Shown one piece after another: positions 37,473 to 48,194 of a DNA stretch of 64,000 nucleotides. Numbering within the stretch: the first letter of the stretch is position 1; each line of letters begins with the position of its first letter. Both the position numbers and the translations under genes were made by a program. The notes under the pieces were generated by a model. It ran no database searches and was not told where the DNA came from. It saw only the letters and a list, made by a program, of their open reading frames with translations. Source of the DNA: Verrucomicrobiota bacterium (lineage in GTDB: Bacteria; Verrucomicrobiota; Verrucomicrobiia; Verrucomicrobiales; Akkermansiaceae); the NCBI GenBank assembly GCA_016871685.1, contig VHCM01000001.1, positions 19,753 through 83,752 of the forward strand, in the 5' to 3' direction.

Positions 37473-38273
37473 TCACAGCGGCCGCGCGTAAGTCGCGCAG
37501 CGCCGGTGCCATCCTTGCTCCCAGCGTCGCTCGCCGCGCTCCGGTGGTGCATTCGCGATGCGCCGCGACAGGACCCGCTTGGCGGCGGCGGAAAACTCCA
37601 CGGCGGCTGCCGGACCGGCCGACACGTCTTTCATTTCGCCGAGCACTTGGAGCAACCCCCATCCCCTTCCCTGGTAGCGCTCCGAGACCCGGGTGCCCTC
37701 GCCCTTGAAGTTGACATAGTCGATGAGCGCGTAGACCCCTTGCGGTGTGGCCGACACCTTGCGGTGGTTCGCCTCGATGCGCTTGCGTTCACTCGCCGGT
37801 GCCGCAGCGAGGATCCTGGGCAACGCCGCCTTCGAGCGGGCGATGATGAACTCGGTCTGCAGCGAAATCGTCGATGCCAGCCAACGCCGCAGCGCGGACA
37901 TGCGCGCGCTGGAAAACTCGCTCTGGAACTTGGCGCGCGATGTCCACGGGCTGTGGCGTGAGAGCGCAACCTCCGGCGGCGTGGCACCACGCTTGCGCGC
38001 GAAGGCGACGAACGACGGCCAGCTTTCCTCGAAGCGTCCGGCGAATCCGGCAGGATACCAGATGAAATGACCGATACCGAGGGATGGGAATTCCTCGCCG
38101 GCATTCCATGTGGTGAGGCCATCGACACTGCCGCCGCATTCGTTGTGCCAGATCATGCGGCCGATCGCCGCTTTCTGCGAGGCGTTCAAGTCGAAGGCGG
38201 CGGCTGCGGGAGCAGCGAGCAGGATCAGCCAACACAACCCAAGCAACAGACGGCGGATCCGACGCATCTTCAT
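37473..38273 (-). CDS. Exported conserved hypothetical protein, possibly lysozyme-like
   Basis: Signal peptide; IWHNECGG...SLGIGHFIW; DYVNFKGEG; WGLLQVL. Confidence 0.6.
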   Translation of the reverse strand: MKMRRIRRLLLGLCWLILLAAPAAAAFDLNASQKAAIGRMIWHNECGGSVDGLTTWNAGEEFPSLGIGHFIWYPAGFAGRFEESWPSFVAFARKRGATPPEVALSRHSPWTSRAKFQSEFSSARMSALRRWLASTISLQTEFIIARSKAALPRILAAAPASERKRIEANHRKVSATPQGVYALIDYVNFKGEGTRVSERYQGRGWGLLQVLGEMKDVSAGPAAAVEFSAAAKRVLSRRIANAPPERGERRWEQGWHRRCATYARPL

Positions 38274-38315
38274 GCCCGCGATCGAAGCGTCGGAACCGCG
38301 GCACATCAAGCCTGC

Positions 38316-39347
38316 TCAACTTCCGGGAACGGGCGGAAGATCCAGCCGCTGCGGAAACACGAGAACCCGGCCGTCGGCGTCGTGACGCAGCCGGTCGCGG
38401 AGGATTGCGGCCGCATGGTGCCGCTTATCCGCGACGAGCGCCGCCACCACCTCGTCACGGGCTTGTTCGAAGGATCGCTGCTCGCGCGGCAAGCGCGCGG
38501 TCACTTCGGCGAGATGCCAGCCGATGCGCGTGCGCACCAACGCAGGTGCACCGATCGGCAGTGCGAACACCGCATCGGCGAAATCGGCGGGGAGACGGTG
38601 ACGCGTCATCCACCCCAGCTCGCCGCCGCGGTCCTTCGTCGCCGGATCGTCGCTGTGCTTCGCGGCGAGGCTGGCAAAGTCCGCGAGACCGGCATCAAGA
38701 TCACGCTTGGCCGCCTCCAGTTTTTTCCGGGCCGAATCGGATAAAGCCTCGCGCGTTGCGGCAAAGACATGACGCACCCGGACGCGTTCGGGAGTCGTCA
38801 GTGCGTCGAGATGCCCGTTGTAAAACGCGATCGCCTCGTCGTCGCCGACCACCGCTTGTGCATCGGCCAATTCCGCGGCGCGCGCTTCGATGCGCAGTTG
38901 CGCGGCCAGCAGGCGGCGAAGCTCCGATTCGTCGCGAATCCCCTGCTCGCGCAGCGCGCCGCCCATCGCACTTGGCGTTTCGAATCTCAACGCGAACCGC
39001 CGCAGCCGCTCGTCGACAACGGCTTCGGCGACCTCCACACCGGCGCGATCCGCATCAACGAGCAGCAGTTCATCATCAATGCATCGGTCCAATGCCGTGC
39101 GCCGCGCCGCGGCGAGCTGGCCGGCATCGAAGGATCGCGGATCGCGTCCCTCGAGCCAGCATTGCTCGTGCATGATGCGCTCGACCTGCGCGCGCGTGAT
39201 CGCCGTGCGGCCGACCCATGCGACGATGTCCGGACGCAGCGACACCACTCGTCGCAGGATCCGCCCCTCGCCGGTCCAGGCCTCGATGAGCACGACGATC
39301 GCCGCGACGCCAAGCATGCACCAAATAACCCGTTGCAGGCGCTTCAT
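38316..39347 (-). CDS. PpiC/parvulin-type peptidyl-prolyl isomerase (SurA-like)
   Basis: VRVRHVF, FASLAAKHSDDPATKDRGGELGW, RTRIGWHL. Confidence 0.9.
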   Translation of the reverse strand: MKRLQRVIWCMLGVAAIVVLIEAWTGEGRILRRVVSLRPDIVAWVGRTAITRAQVERIMHEQCWLEGRDPRSFDAGQLAAARRTALDRCIDDELLLVDADRAGVEVAEAVVDERLRRFALRFETPSAMGGALREQGIRDESELRRLLAAQLRIEARAAELADAQAVVGDDEAIAFYNGHLDALTTPERVRVRHVFAATREALSDSARKKLEAAKRDLDAGLADFASLAAKHSDDPATKDRGGELGWMTRHRLPADFADAVFALPIGAPALVRTRIGWHLAEVTARLPREQRSFEQARDEVVAALVADKRHHAAAILRDRLRHDADGRVLVFPQRLDLPPVPGS

Positions 39348-39390
39348 CGATGCCAGCGTGAACCACGCCGGAGGTCGTCGTCGAGCGAAC

Positions 39391-40449
39391 TCAGCGGATC
39401 TCGACCGTCGCGCCCGGACGGATCAACGAGGGCAGCCGCACCGCGTCCCAATTGGCCAGGCGGATGCATCCCGCGCTGCGCGCGCGGCCGATCGTCTCGG
39501 GATCGGAGGTTCCATGCAGACCGATGCCCGACCGGCTGGTGCCGTTCCAAATCACGCCGACCGGACTGTTCGGCCCGGGAGGAATCTGGATGGCGGACCC
39601 GCTGCGCCGCCCGGTCTTGAGAAACTGCGGATCGTACCCCCACCACGGCAGCTCGATCATGTTGCGCAGCTCCCAGGTGCCGAGGCGGATGAACTGCGGT
39701 TGGCCGGGCGTGATCGGAAACGAGGCGATCAACCCGCGGTTGGCACGCGGCGCGACTTGGTCGGCACCCCCCGCGCCGTCGACGGGCTCGACCACCAATG
39801 CGACGGGCGCGGCTTCAAAGATGCGCATCTGGTTGATCTTGGTATCCACCACCACATGCCGCTGGCTCAAGCCGTCGGCCGCCTCGTGCCGGGCACCGGT
39901 GAGGTTTTCGATGAGGAAGGGCGCGACATTGGGCACCGTCACCGAATCACCCGGCTTGAGCTTGCGCACCACGGCCTCGCCATTCAATTCGATCAGGAAC
40001 GGCACGTCGGTGTGATGCCGCTCGGCCATGAATTCGGCAAAGCTGCGGTAAGACACCCGCTTCAATCCGGCGAGCGCGGATCGTTTGTGCGGCACTTTTG
40101 GATTCACCCACTCGGTGGCGGCGTCGGGTACGGTCACCACCGTGCGCACCTCGCGAACCGCCTCGCTCGCCACTTTCATCACGGCGACGAGGTCGCCCAC
40201 CGGATGACCGTTCACTTCATTCCATGACATCACCGCCAGCTCGGTGAAGCGCCCGGCCTTGCCGTCGATCACGCCTGGCCCGAAATTCGATTGATCCAAA
40301 AACAACTGAAGGCGCAGCGCGGCGTCACCGTCCGGGATTTGCTTTTCCGAAGCGACGGACGCCGCGGCGGCAGGCACGGTGGTGGCGGTGGCCGGAAACA
40401 CCAGCGGCAACAGAGAGCAACCCAGGGCGGCGAGGATCAATCGGTTCAT
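39391..40449 (-). CDS. L,D-transpeptidase (YkuD family) with PG-binding-like N-terminal region
   Basis: PGVIDGKAG; PPGPNSPVG; IGLHGT...SAGCIRL. Confidence 0.9.
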   Translation of the reverse strand: MNRLILAALGCSLLPLVFPATATTVPAAAASVASEKQIPDGDAALRLQLFLDQSNFGPGVIDGKAGRFTELAVMSWNEVNGHPVGDLVAVMKVASEAVREVRTVVTVPDAATEWVNPKVPHKRSALAGLKRVSYRSFAEFMAERHHTDVPFLIELNGEAVVRKLKPGDSVTVPNVAPFLIENLTGARHEAADGLSQRHVVVDTKINQMRIFEAAPVALVVEPVDGAGGADQVAPRANRGLIASFPITPGQPQFIRLGTWELRNMIELPWWGYDPQFLKTGRRSGSAIQIPPGPNSPVGVIWNGTSRSGIGLHGTSDPETIGRARSAGCIRLANWDAVRLPSLIRPGATVEIR

Positions 40450-41780
40450 GGCAACTGCGGATCGGATGCGTCGGCTTGGTGGAGCGGAGCGTCGCACGCA
40501 TAAGCGCGGATCCGCCCGGCCAGCGGTTGCGGCACCACAGCGCGCACGAGGATATCGTCGCCCTCGTATTCCGTCGAGAGCACTTTGGCCTCGCGATGCA
40601 GCCAACCCAGCAATTCGCCGCGGCTCTGCGGAATCCGGTAGTCGCGACAACTCACCCGCCCCGCGAGCATCCGGCTGCACGCCTTGAGCAACTCGTCGAG
40701 ACCGGCACCGGTGAGTGCCGAAACGCGCAGCGCGCCGGGAAATTCACGCTCCAGCAGCGCGAGCCGCGCAGGGTCGTCCACCCGATCGATCTTGTTGAGC
40801 ACCACCAACACCGGTTTGTCGCCGGCGCCCAGCTCGTCGATCACCTTGAGCGTGGTCGCGTGGAGACTCGTGATCTCCGGCGACGACGCATCGAGCACGT
40901 GAATCAGGAAATCGGCGAGCAGCGCCTCCTCGAGCGTCGCCTTGAACGCCTCGACGAGCCGGTGCGGCAGATCGCGCACGAAGCCGACCGTATCGGTGAG
41001 CAACAACGGCTGACCGTCGGGCAGCTCGATGCGCCGGGTCGTGGTGTCGAGCGTGGCGAAGAGCATGTCCTTGGCCATCACCTCCGCGCCCGACAGCGCG
41101 TTGAGCAGCGACGACTTGCCGGCGTTGGTGTAGCCAACGATCGCGGCGTGGGGCGTCTCGAGCCGCTCGCGTTCCTTGCGCTGCGTGCGGCGCTGCCTGC
41201 GCACGGCCTCCAGCTCGCGCTTGCATCGGTCGATGTTCAGATTGGCCAGCCGTCGGTCCACCTCGATCTGCTTTTCCCCCATCCCGCGCGCGGCACCACC
41301 ACCCATGCCGCCACCCGAGCCGCCCTCGCGGTCGAGGTGGCCCCACATCCGCGTGAGCCGGGGCAGCGCGTACTGCATCCGCGCCAACTGCACCTGCAGC
41401 CGTGCCTCGCGCGTTTGCGCGCGCTTCGCAAAAATGTCGAGGATCACCTCCTCGCGGTCGATCACACACAGGCCCGACAGTTTTTCCCACTCGCGCTGCT
41501 GCGAGGGTGCCAACCCGTTGTCGATCACGATCACATCGCACTCGTGCGCCTTGGCCAGCGCGACCACCTCATCCGCCTTGCCGGTGCCGCAGAGGAACTT
41601 CTTGTGCATCGACCGGCAGCGCGCGAGCACCGGCTCTCCCACCGCGATGCCGAGCGTGCGCACCAGCTCGCCCAGCTCGTCGAGCAGCGCCACGGCCTCG
41701 TCGGCCTCGCGCGGATCGAAGCAGAACCGCACCAACAGCGCGCGCTCGACCGACTCCGGCTTCTCCCTCACCTCGAACAT
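40446..41780 (-). CDS. hflX: GTPase HflX
   Basis: LGHLDREGG...GMGEKQIEVDRR, GYTNAGKS, FATLDTT, DTVGF, NKID. Confidence 0.95.
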   Translation of the reverse strand: MFEVREKPESVERALLVRFCFDPREADEAVALLDELGELVRTLGIAVGEPVLARCRSMHKKFLCGTGKADEVVALAKAHECDVIVIDNGLAPSQQREWEKLSGLCVIDREEVILDIFAKRAQTREARLQVQLARMQYALPRLTRMWGHLDREGGSGGGMGGGAARGMGEKQIEVDRRLANLNIDRCKRELEAVRRQRRTQRKERERLETPHAAIVGYTNAGKSSLLNALSGAEVMAKDMLFATLDTTTRRIELPDGQPLLLTDTVGFVRDLPHRLVEAFKATLEEALLADFLIHVLDASSPEITSLHATTLKVIDELGAGDKPVLVVLNKIDRVDDPARLALLEREFPGALRVSALTGAGLDELLKACSRMLAGRVSCRDYRIPQSRGELLGWLHREAKVLSTEYEGDDILVRAVVPQPLAGRIRAYACDAPLHQADASDPQLP

Positions 41781-41941
41781 CCGGCGCAGCACTAGCACCG
41801 GACCCGCCCTGCGGCGAACGGAAAGTTGCCGCCAGGCCAGGATCCGGCACGGCGCGGGACGCCACCGACCGGCGCATTTCCAACCGGGCGTGGCTTTCGA
41901 TTCTTGCCGCACACCGCCACGCGGCCTAATCCATCGGCGAC

Positions 41942-43426
41942 ATGTCCGACGCCGCCACGCCGCCCGCCACCCAATCGACCGAGGCCGAACTCATCGCCAT
42001 CCGCCGCGAGAAACTCGCCCGTCTGCGCGAACTCGGCATCGACCCGTACGGCGGGCGCTTCGACGTCACCACCACCCCGGCACAACTGCGCGCGGCATTC
42101 GCCGAAGGTCAACAAGCCACCATCGCCGGACGCCTGCTCGCCGTGCGCGACATGGGCAGGTCCGTCTTCTTCCAGATCGGCGATGTGCACGGATCGATCC
42201 AAGGATACCTCAATACCAAGGAGTTGTCCGAACCACAGCTCGCCGCATGGAAATGCCTCGACCGCGGCGACTGGATCGGCATCAGCGGTGAAACGTTTCT
42301 CACCAAGACCGGCGAGCCCACCGTGAAGGTCACGTCATTCACCGTGCTCTCCAAGGCGCTGCGGCCGATGCCCGACAAGTTCCACGGCCTCGCCGACCGC
42401 GAGACGAAGTACCGCAAGCGCCATCTCGACCTGATGGGCAATCCCGACAGCGCGGCGCTGTTCGTGACCCGCTCGCTGATCGTCGCGGAGATCCGCCGCT
42501 TCCTCCAGGAGCGCGGTTTCCTCGAGGTGGAAACCCCGATGCTCCAGGACGTGGCCGGCGGCGCGGCGGCGCGCCCGTTCGAGACACACCACAACGCGCT
42601 GGGCATGCCGCTCACCCTGCGCATCGCCCCCGAGTTGTTCCTCAAGCGCCTGCTGGTGGGCGGCTTCACGAAGATCTTCGAACTCAACCGCAACTTCCGC
42701 AACGAGGGCATCTCGCGCCGACACAATCCCGAATTCACCATGCTCGAGGCGTACTGGGCATTTTCGGATTTCGAACAAATGGCCGAACTCGTCGAGGAAA
42801 TGACCTGCCACCTCGCGCAAACCTTCTGCGGCGGACTGCGCATCGAGCACCGGGACGAGGACGGCAACGTCACGCGCAGCATCGACCTCACCCGGCCGTG
42901 GCGGCGCGCGGATTACCACGACCTCGTCCGCCAAGCCGCGGGCGACGACTTCTTCGACATCGGGCCCGCGGAACGCCGGCAACGCTGCGAATCACTCGGC
43001 GTGCAGATCTCCCCTGAAATGGAGGACTACGAGGTCATCCAGCAGGTCTTCGAAAAGAAAGTCGAGGAACACACGTTCGATCCCTGTTTCGTCACCCGCG
43101 TCGCCAAGGAACTCATCCCGCTCGCGCGACTCTCTCCCGGCGGGCGCACCGTCGAAGTCTACGAACTCATCATCAACGGTCAGGAAATCTCGCCGGGCTA
43201 CTCGGAACTCAACGACCCCGACGTTCAGCGCGAACGACTCGAACACCAGGCCGGCGGCGGCGAGGAACAACAGGTCGACTATGATTTCATCGAAACCCTC
43301 GAACACGGCATGCCCCCCGCCGGTGGCATCGGCATCGGCATCGACCGCCTGGTCATGATGCTCACCGGTGCACCGACCATTCGCGACGTCGTTCTCTTCC
43401 CGCTGCTCAAACGAAGGGACGGTTGA
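41942..43426 (+). CDS. lysS: Lysine-tRNA ligase (class II)
   Basis: OB fold; FLEVETPML, RIAPELFLKRL, FRNEG, HNPEFTMLE, GMPPAGGIGIGIDRL. Confidence 0.97.
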   Translation: MSDAATPPATQSTEAELIAIRREKLARLRELGIDPYGGRFDVTTTPAQLRAAFAEGQQATIAGRLLAVRDMGRSVFFQIGDVHGSIQGYLNTKELSEPQLAAWKCLDRGDWIGISGETFLTKTGEPTVKVTSFTVLSKALRPMPDKFHGLADRETKYRKRHLDLMGNPDSAALFVTRSLIVAEIRRFLQERGFLEVETPMLQDVAGGAAARPFETHHNALGMPLTLRIAPELFLKRLLVGGFTKIFELNRNFRNEGISRRHNPEFTMLEAYWAFSDFEQMAELVEEMTCHLAQTFCGGLRIEHRDEDGNVTRSIDLTRPWRRADYHDLVRQAAGDDFFDIGPAERRQRCESLGVQISPEMEDYEVIQQVFEKKVEEHTFDPCFVTRVAKELIPLARLSPGGRTVEVYELIINGQEISPGYSELNDPDVQRERLEHQAGGGEEQQVDYDFIETLEHGMPPAGGIGIGIDRLVMMLTGAPTIRDVVLFPLLKRRDG

Positions 43427-43522
43427 TCCAACCGGAAGCCCGGGCGCCGCGCCGGTGGTGTTCCGCCAGTCGCGTGACGCCCACGGGTGGAACGAGTCTC
43501 GGGCGAGATCACGAGTCCGCGC

Positions 43523-44383
43523 TCACCAAGCCGTCTCGTTCAGCCCAAGGAACGCCGCGACCGCACGGGTTACCGGATCTCCGGCCTTGCCGCAATCGCG
43601 GTTGATTTCCATGTGGTTCTTGCCCGCGATTGCCTTCACCGCGGCCTCGCCCCCGCCCTTGCGCAAAGCCTCCGCGAGCAATTCCGCCTGCTGTCGCGCA
43701 TCCGCCCGACCCGCGACATGCAGGATCAAAAACGGAGGTGGGTTGCGGATCGTCTTGCATGCCGGCGAAGCGTCACGCTGCACCACGGGATCTTCGGTGA
43801 AGGCGTTGCGATACATCCGGCCCGTGAGAACCGACCGGGTGGCGATCGCATACTGCCTCGGGATATCGTAACCGGCGCCATCGAGCAGTATCACGCCGCG
43901 GATGGCACCCGGGTCGGCGCCGGCGTGGCGCAGCCGTTCCTGATCGACCGCCGCCAACGCCGCGAGATGAGCCCCGGCCGAATGCCCCAGCAGGTAGATC
44001 CGCTGAGGATCCCCGCCGTACCGCCCGACGTTCTTCTGCAGCCATGCGAGCGCTGCAGCGACATCATCGATGTGCGCCGGATGCCTCACGGCGGGTGACA
44101 GCCGGTAGTTCACCGATGCGACCAGACAGCCGTGCCGGTTGAGCCACGAGGTCTTCGGCTGCAGGAATCCGTCACGCGCCTTGTCACCGGCGGACCACCC
44201 GCCGCCGTGCAGCAACACGATGACCGGAGACGCTTGTTTGCCCCGGACGCCCGGAGGATGCAGGTCGAGCGAGGTGAGGCCCGCAGCAAACCCCGGTCGC
44301 TCAATGTAGCGGATGTCGCGCTCAACCGCGGACACGGACATGCCGAGGAGGAGCCATAGCATTCCGATCCAGCGAGGCGCCAT
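43523..44383 (-). CDS. Alpha/beta hydrolase (carboxylesterase-like), exported
   Basis: HGGGW, VNYRL, GHSAG; signal peptide from ATG 44383. Confidence 0.88.
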   Translation of the reverse strand: MAPRWIGMLWLLLGMSVSAVERDIRYIERPGFAAGLTSLDLHPPGVRGKQASPVIVLLHGGGWSAGDKARDGFLQPKTSWLNRHGCLVASVNYRLSPAVRHPAHIDDVAAALAWLQKNVGRYGGDPQRIYLLGHSAGAHLAALAAVDQERLRHAGADPGAIRGVILLDGAGYDIPRQYAIATRSVLTGRMYRNAFTEDPVVQRDASPACKTIRNPPPFLILHVAGRADARQQAELLAEALRKGGGEAAVKAIAGKNHMEINRDCGKAGDPVTRAVAAFLGLNETAW

Positions 44384-44542
44384 GGAGGGGAAACCCCCGC
44401 GGCAACGAAAAGTCGCGCCGGCAGCGGAAAAAAAAACGCGCCGCACCGACGGCCACGGCATCCCAAGTCCGTGCGATTCCCGCCGTGATCGATGGCGGAT
44501 TTCAGGATTTGACCTGAACCCGGAATCGGTCAGGAATCCGCC

Positions 44543-46006
44543 ATGCGGATTTTCGATCTGTCGCACGAACTCGCCCTGATCCAATCGACCAGCGCCACGC
44601 TGGGCTGGGACCAGCAGACTTACCTGCCACCCGCGGGCGCGGCCTATCGCGCGAAGCAACTCGCGTGGCTCGCGGGCAAGGCGCACGCGATGGCGACTTC
44701 CGACGACTGGCAACGCGCATTGGAAGAAGCCGAGCAAGCCGATGACGGATCGGACGCCGGGCGTTCCGCCAACCTGCGCGAGCTTCGTCGGCGCTTCGAA
44801 CGCTCGCGCAAGCTGCCGGTCGAGTGGGTCGCTCGCGAGAGTGCTGCCGCCTCACTCGCAAAGCAGGCGTGGGTCGACGCGCGCCAGCGGTCGGACTTCG
44901 CCGCGTTCGCGCCGCACCTGGAAACCCTGCTCGGACTGGCGCGGGAAAAAGCCGATTTCTGGGGCTACGACGGCGAACCCTACGACGCGTTGCTCGAAGA
45001 ATATGAACGCGGCACATCCACGGCCGAGGTTGTGGCCTTGTTCGATTCGATCCGCGACGATCTCGCATCGATCGCGGCCGAGGCTGTCGAACGCTCGGCG
45101 GCGCGAGGCGCGACGCTGCCTGCGGGTCCTTACCCGATCGAGGGTCAGATGCGCTTCAACGCGATGGTTGCCGAATCGATGGGCTACGAGTTCGAAGCCG
45201 GACGCATCGACACCACCGCCCATCCGTTCTGCACGAAGCTCGGTCCGCGCGACGTGCGGCTCACGACGCGCTATTACGAAAACGATTTCACTCCCTCGTT
45301 GTTCGGCGTGCTTCACGAGGCCGGCCACGGTCTCTACGAACAAGGGCTGCCCGCCGCCGACTACGGCCTGCCCTCCGGCCGCGCCGTCTCGCTGGGCATC
45401 CACGAATCGCAATCGCGGCTGTGGGAAAACCACCTCGGACGCTCGGCGGAGTTCTGGGCGAAATGGCATCCGGTCGCCGCCGAGGTGTTTCCGCAACTCG
45501 CGTCGTGCACGACCGAGTCGTTGATCGCCTACGTGCGGCGCTCCGCCTACTCGCCGATCCGTGTCGAGTCCGACGAGGCCACCTACGACCTGCACATCCT
45601 GCTGCGCTTCGGACTCGAGCGCCGGATGCTGCGCGGCGAACTCGCGGTGAAGGACGTGCCCGCCGCATGGAACGACGAGTTCCGCGCGCTGTTCGGATTC
45701 ACTCCGGCAAACGACCGCGACGGCTGCCTGCAGGACATCCACTGGTCGATGTGCGGGCTCGGTTATTTTCCGACCTACTCGCTTGGCAACATCCACGCCG
45801 CGCGGTTGTTCGCGGCCGCTTGCAGGGACGAGGAGATCCGCGGTTCGGTCGCGCGCGCCGACTACCTCCCGCTGCTCGGCTGGATGCGCGAGCGCGTTCA
45901 TGCGCTGGGCAGCACGATGGTTTCCGCCGAGGTCATCCACCACGCCACCGGCGGCGAGCCGTCCACCGACGATTATCTCGCCCATCTGCGCGCGCGCTAC
46001 CTTTGA
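44543..46006 (+). CDS. Carboxypeptidase Taq (M32)
   Basis: HPF, HEAGH, HESQS, DIHW, GYFPTY. Confidence 0.95.
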   Translation: MRIFDLSHELALIQSTSATLGWDQQTYLPPAGAAYRAKQLAWLAGKAHAMATSDDWQRALEEAEQADDGSDAGRSANLRELRRRFERSRKLPVEWVARESAAASLAKQAWVDARQRSDFAAFAPHLETLLGLAREKADFWGYDGEPYDALLEEYERGTSTAEVVALFDSIRDDLASIAAEAVERSAARGATLPAGPYPIEGQMRFNAMVAESMGYEFEAGRIDTTAHPFCTKLGPRDVRLTTRYYENDFTPSLFGVLHEAGHGLYEQGLPAADYGLPSGRAVSLGIHESQSRLWENHLGRSAEFWAKWHPVAAEVFPQLASCTTESLIAYVRRSAYSPIRVESDEATYDLHILLRFGLERRMLRGELAVKDVPAAWNDEFRALFGFTPANDRDGCLQDIHWSMCGLGYFPTYSLGNIHAARLFAAACRDEEIRGSVARADYLPLLGWMRERVHALGSTMVSAEVIHHATGGEPSTDDYLAHLRARYL

Positions 46007-46015
46007 TCCGCCGTC

Positions 46016-46609
46016 ATGCCGCAGGGACTGCTCATCGTGTTCGAGGGGATCGACGGCACGGGCAAATCCACCCAGGCCCGCAGACTCGGCGATTGGTTCG
46101 CGGAACAAGGGCGCGAGGTCGTGCTGGGCCGCGAGCCAACCAACGGGCCGTGGGGCCGCAGGCTGCGCGAGTCGGCCGAGCGCGGGCGCCTGCCGCCAGA
46201 CGAGGAACTCGAATGCTTCCTCAACGACCGGCGCGAGCACGTATCGGGCACGATCGCGCCCGCGCTCGCGGCGGGCAAGGTCGTGATCCTCGACCGCTAC
46301 TACTTCTCATCGATGGCTTATCAGGGCAGCCGCGGATTCGATCCCGGCGAGATCCGCCGTCTCAACGAGGCGTTCGCCCCGGTGCCCGACCTGCTGATCC
46401 TGCTCGACATCGACACCGACACCGCGCTCTCGCGCATCGGGGTGCGCGACGGCAGCGCCAACGAGTTTGAGCAGCGGCCGGCGCTGGAGTCCTGCCGCCG
46501 CATCTTTCTCTCGCTGCGCGACGATCCCTTCGTCCGCGTCATCGACGCCTCGGGTCCCGTCGAGCGGGTGGCGCGCCAGGTGCTCGACGCCGTTGGCCAT
46601 CCGGGTTGA
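46016..46609 (+). CDS. tmk: Thymidylate kinase
   Basis: EGIDGTGKST, REP, LDRY. Confidence 0.95.
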   Translation: MPQGLLIVFEGIDGTGKSTQARRLGDWFAEQGREVVLGREPTNGPWGRRLRESAERGRLPPDEELECFLNDRREHVSGTIAPALAAGKVVILDRYYFSSMAYQGSRGFDPGEIRRLNEAFAPVPDLLILLDIDTDTALSRIGVRDGSANEFEQRPALESCRRIFLSLRDDPFVRVIDASGPVERVARQVLDAVGHPG

Positions 46610-46711
46610 CCCATCCCCTTCCCTCGCGGCGATCGCGTTCGCCGCGCTCAGCCTTTGACAATCCCGTGCTGGAACGACAGGTTTCCGCCTTCCACCCCCA
46701 CCTCACCCCCC

Positions 46712-48094
<1,383 letters not shown>

Positions 48095-48194
48095 TGCGCT
48101 GTCGGAAAAGCGACCCAAGGTGCCGAGGTGGCACGGTCTCTCCGAGAGCGCATCTGCAGGGCACACGCAACCACGGGCGGCCGCCCGTGTCCGG

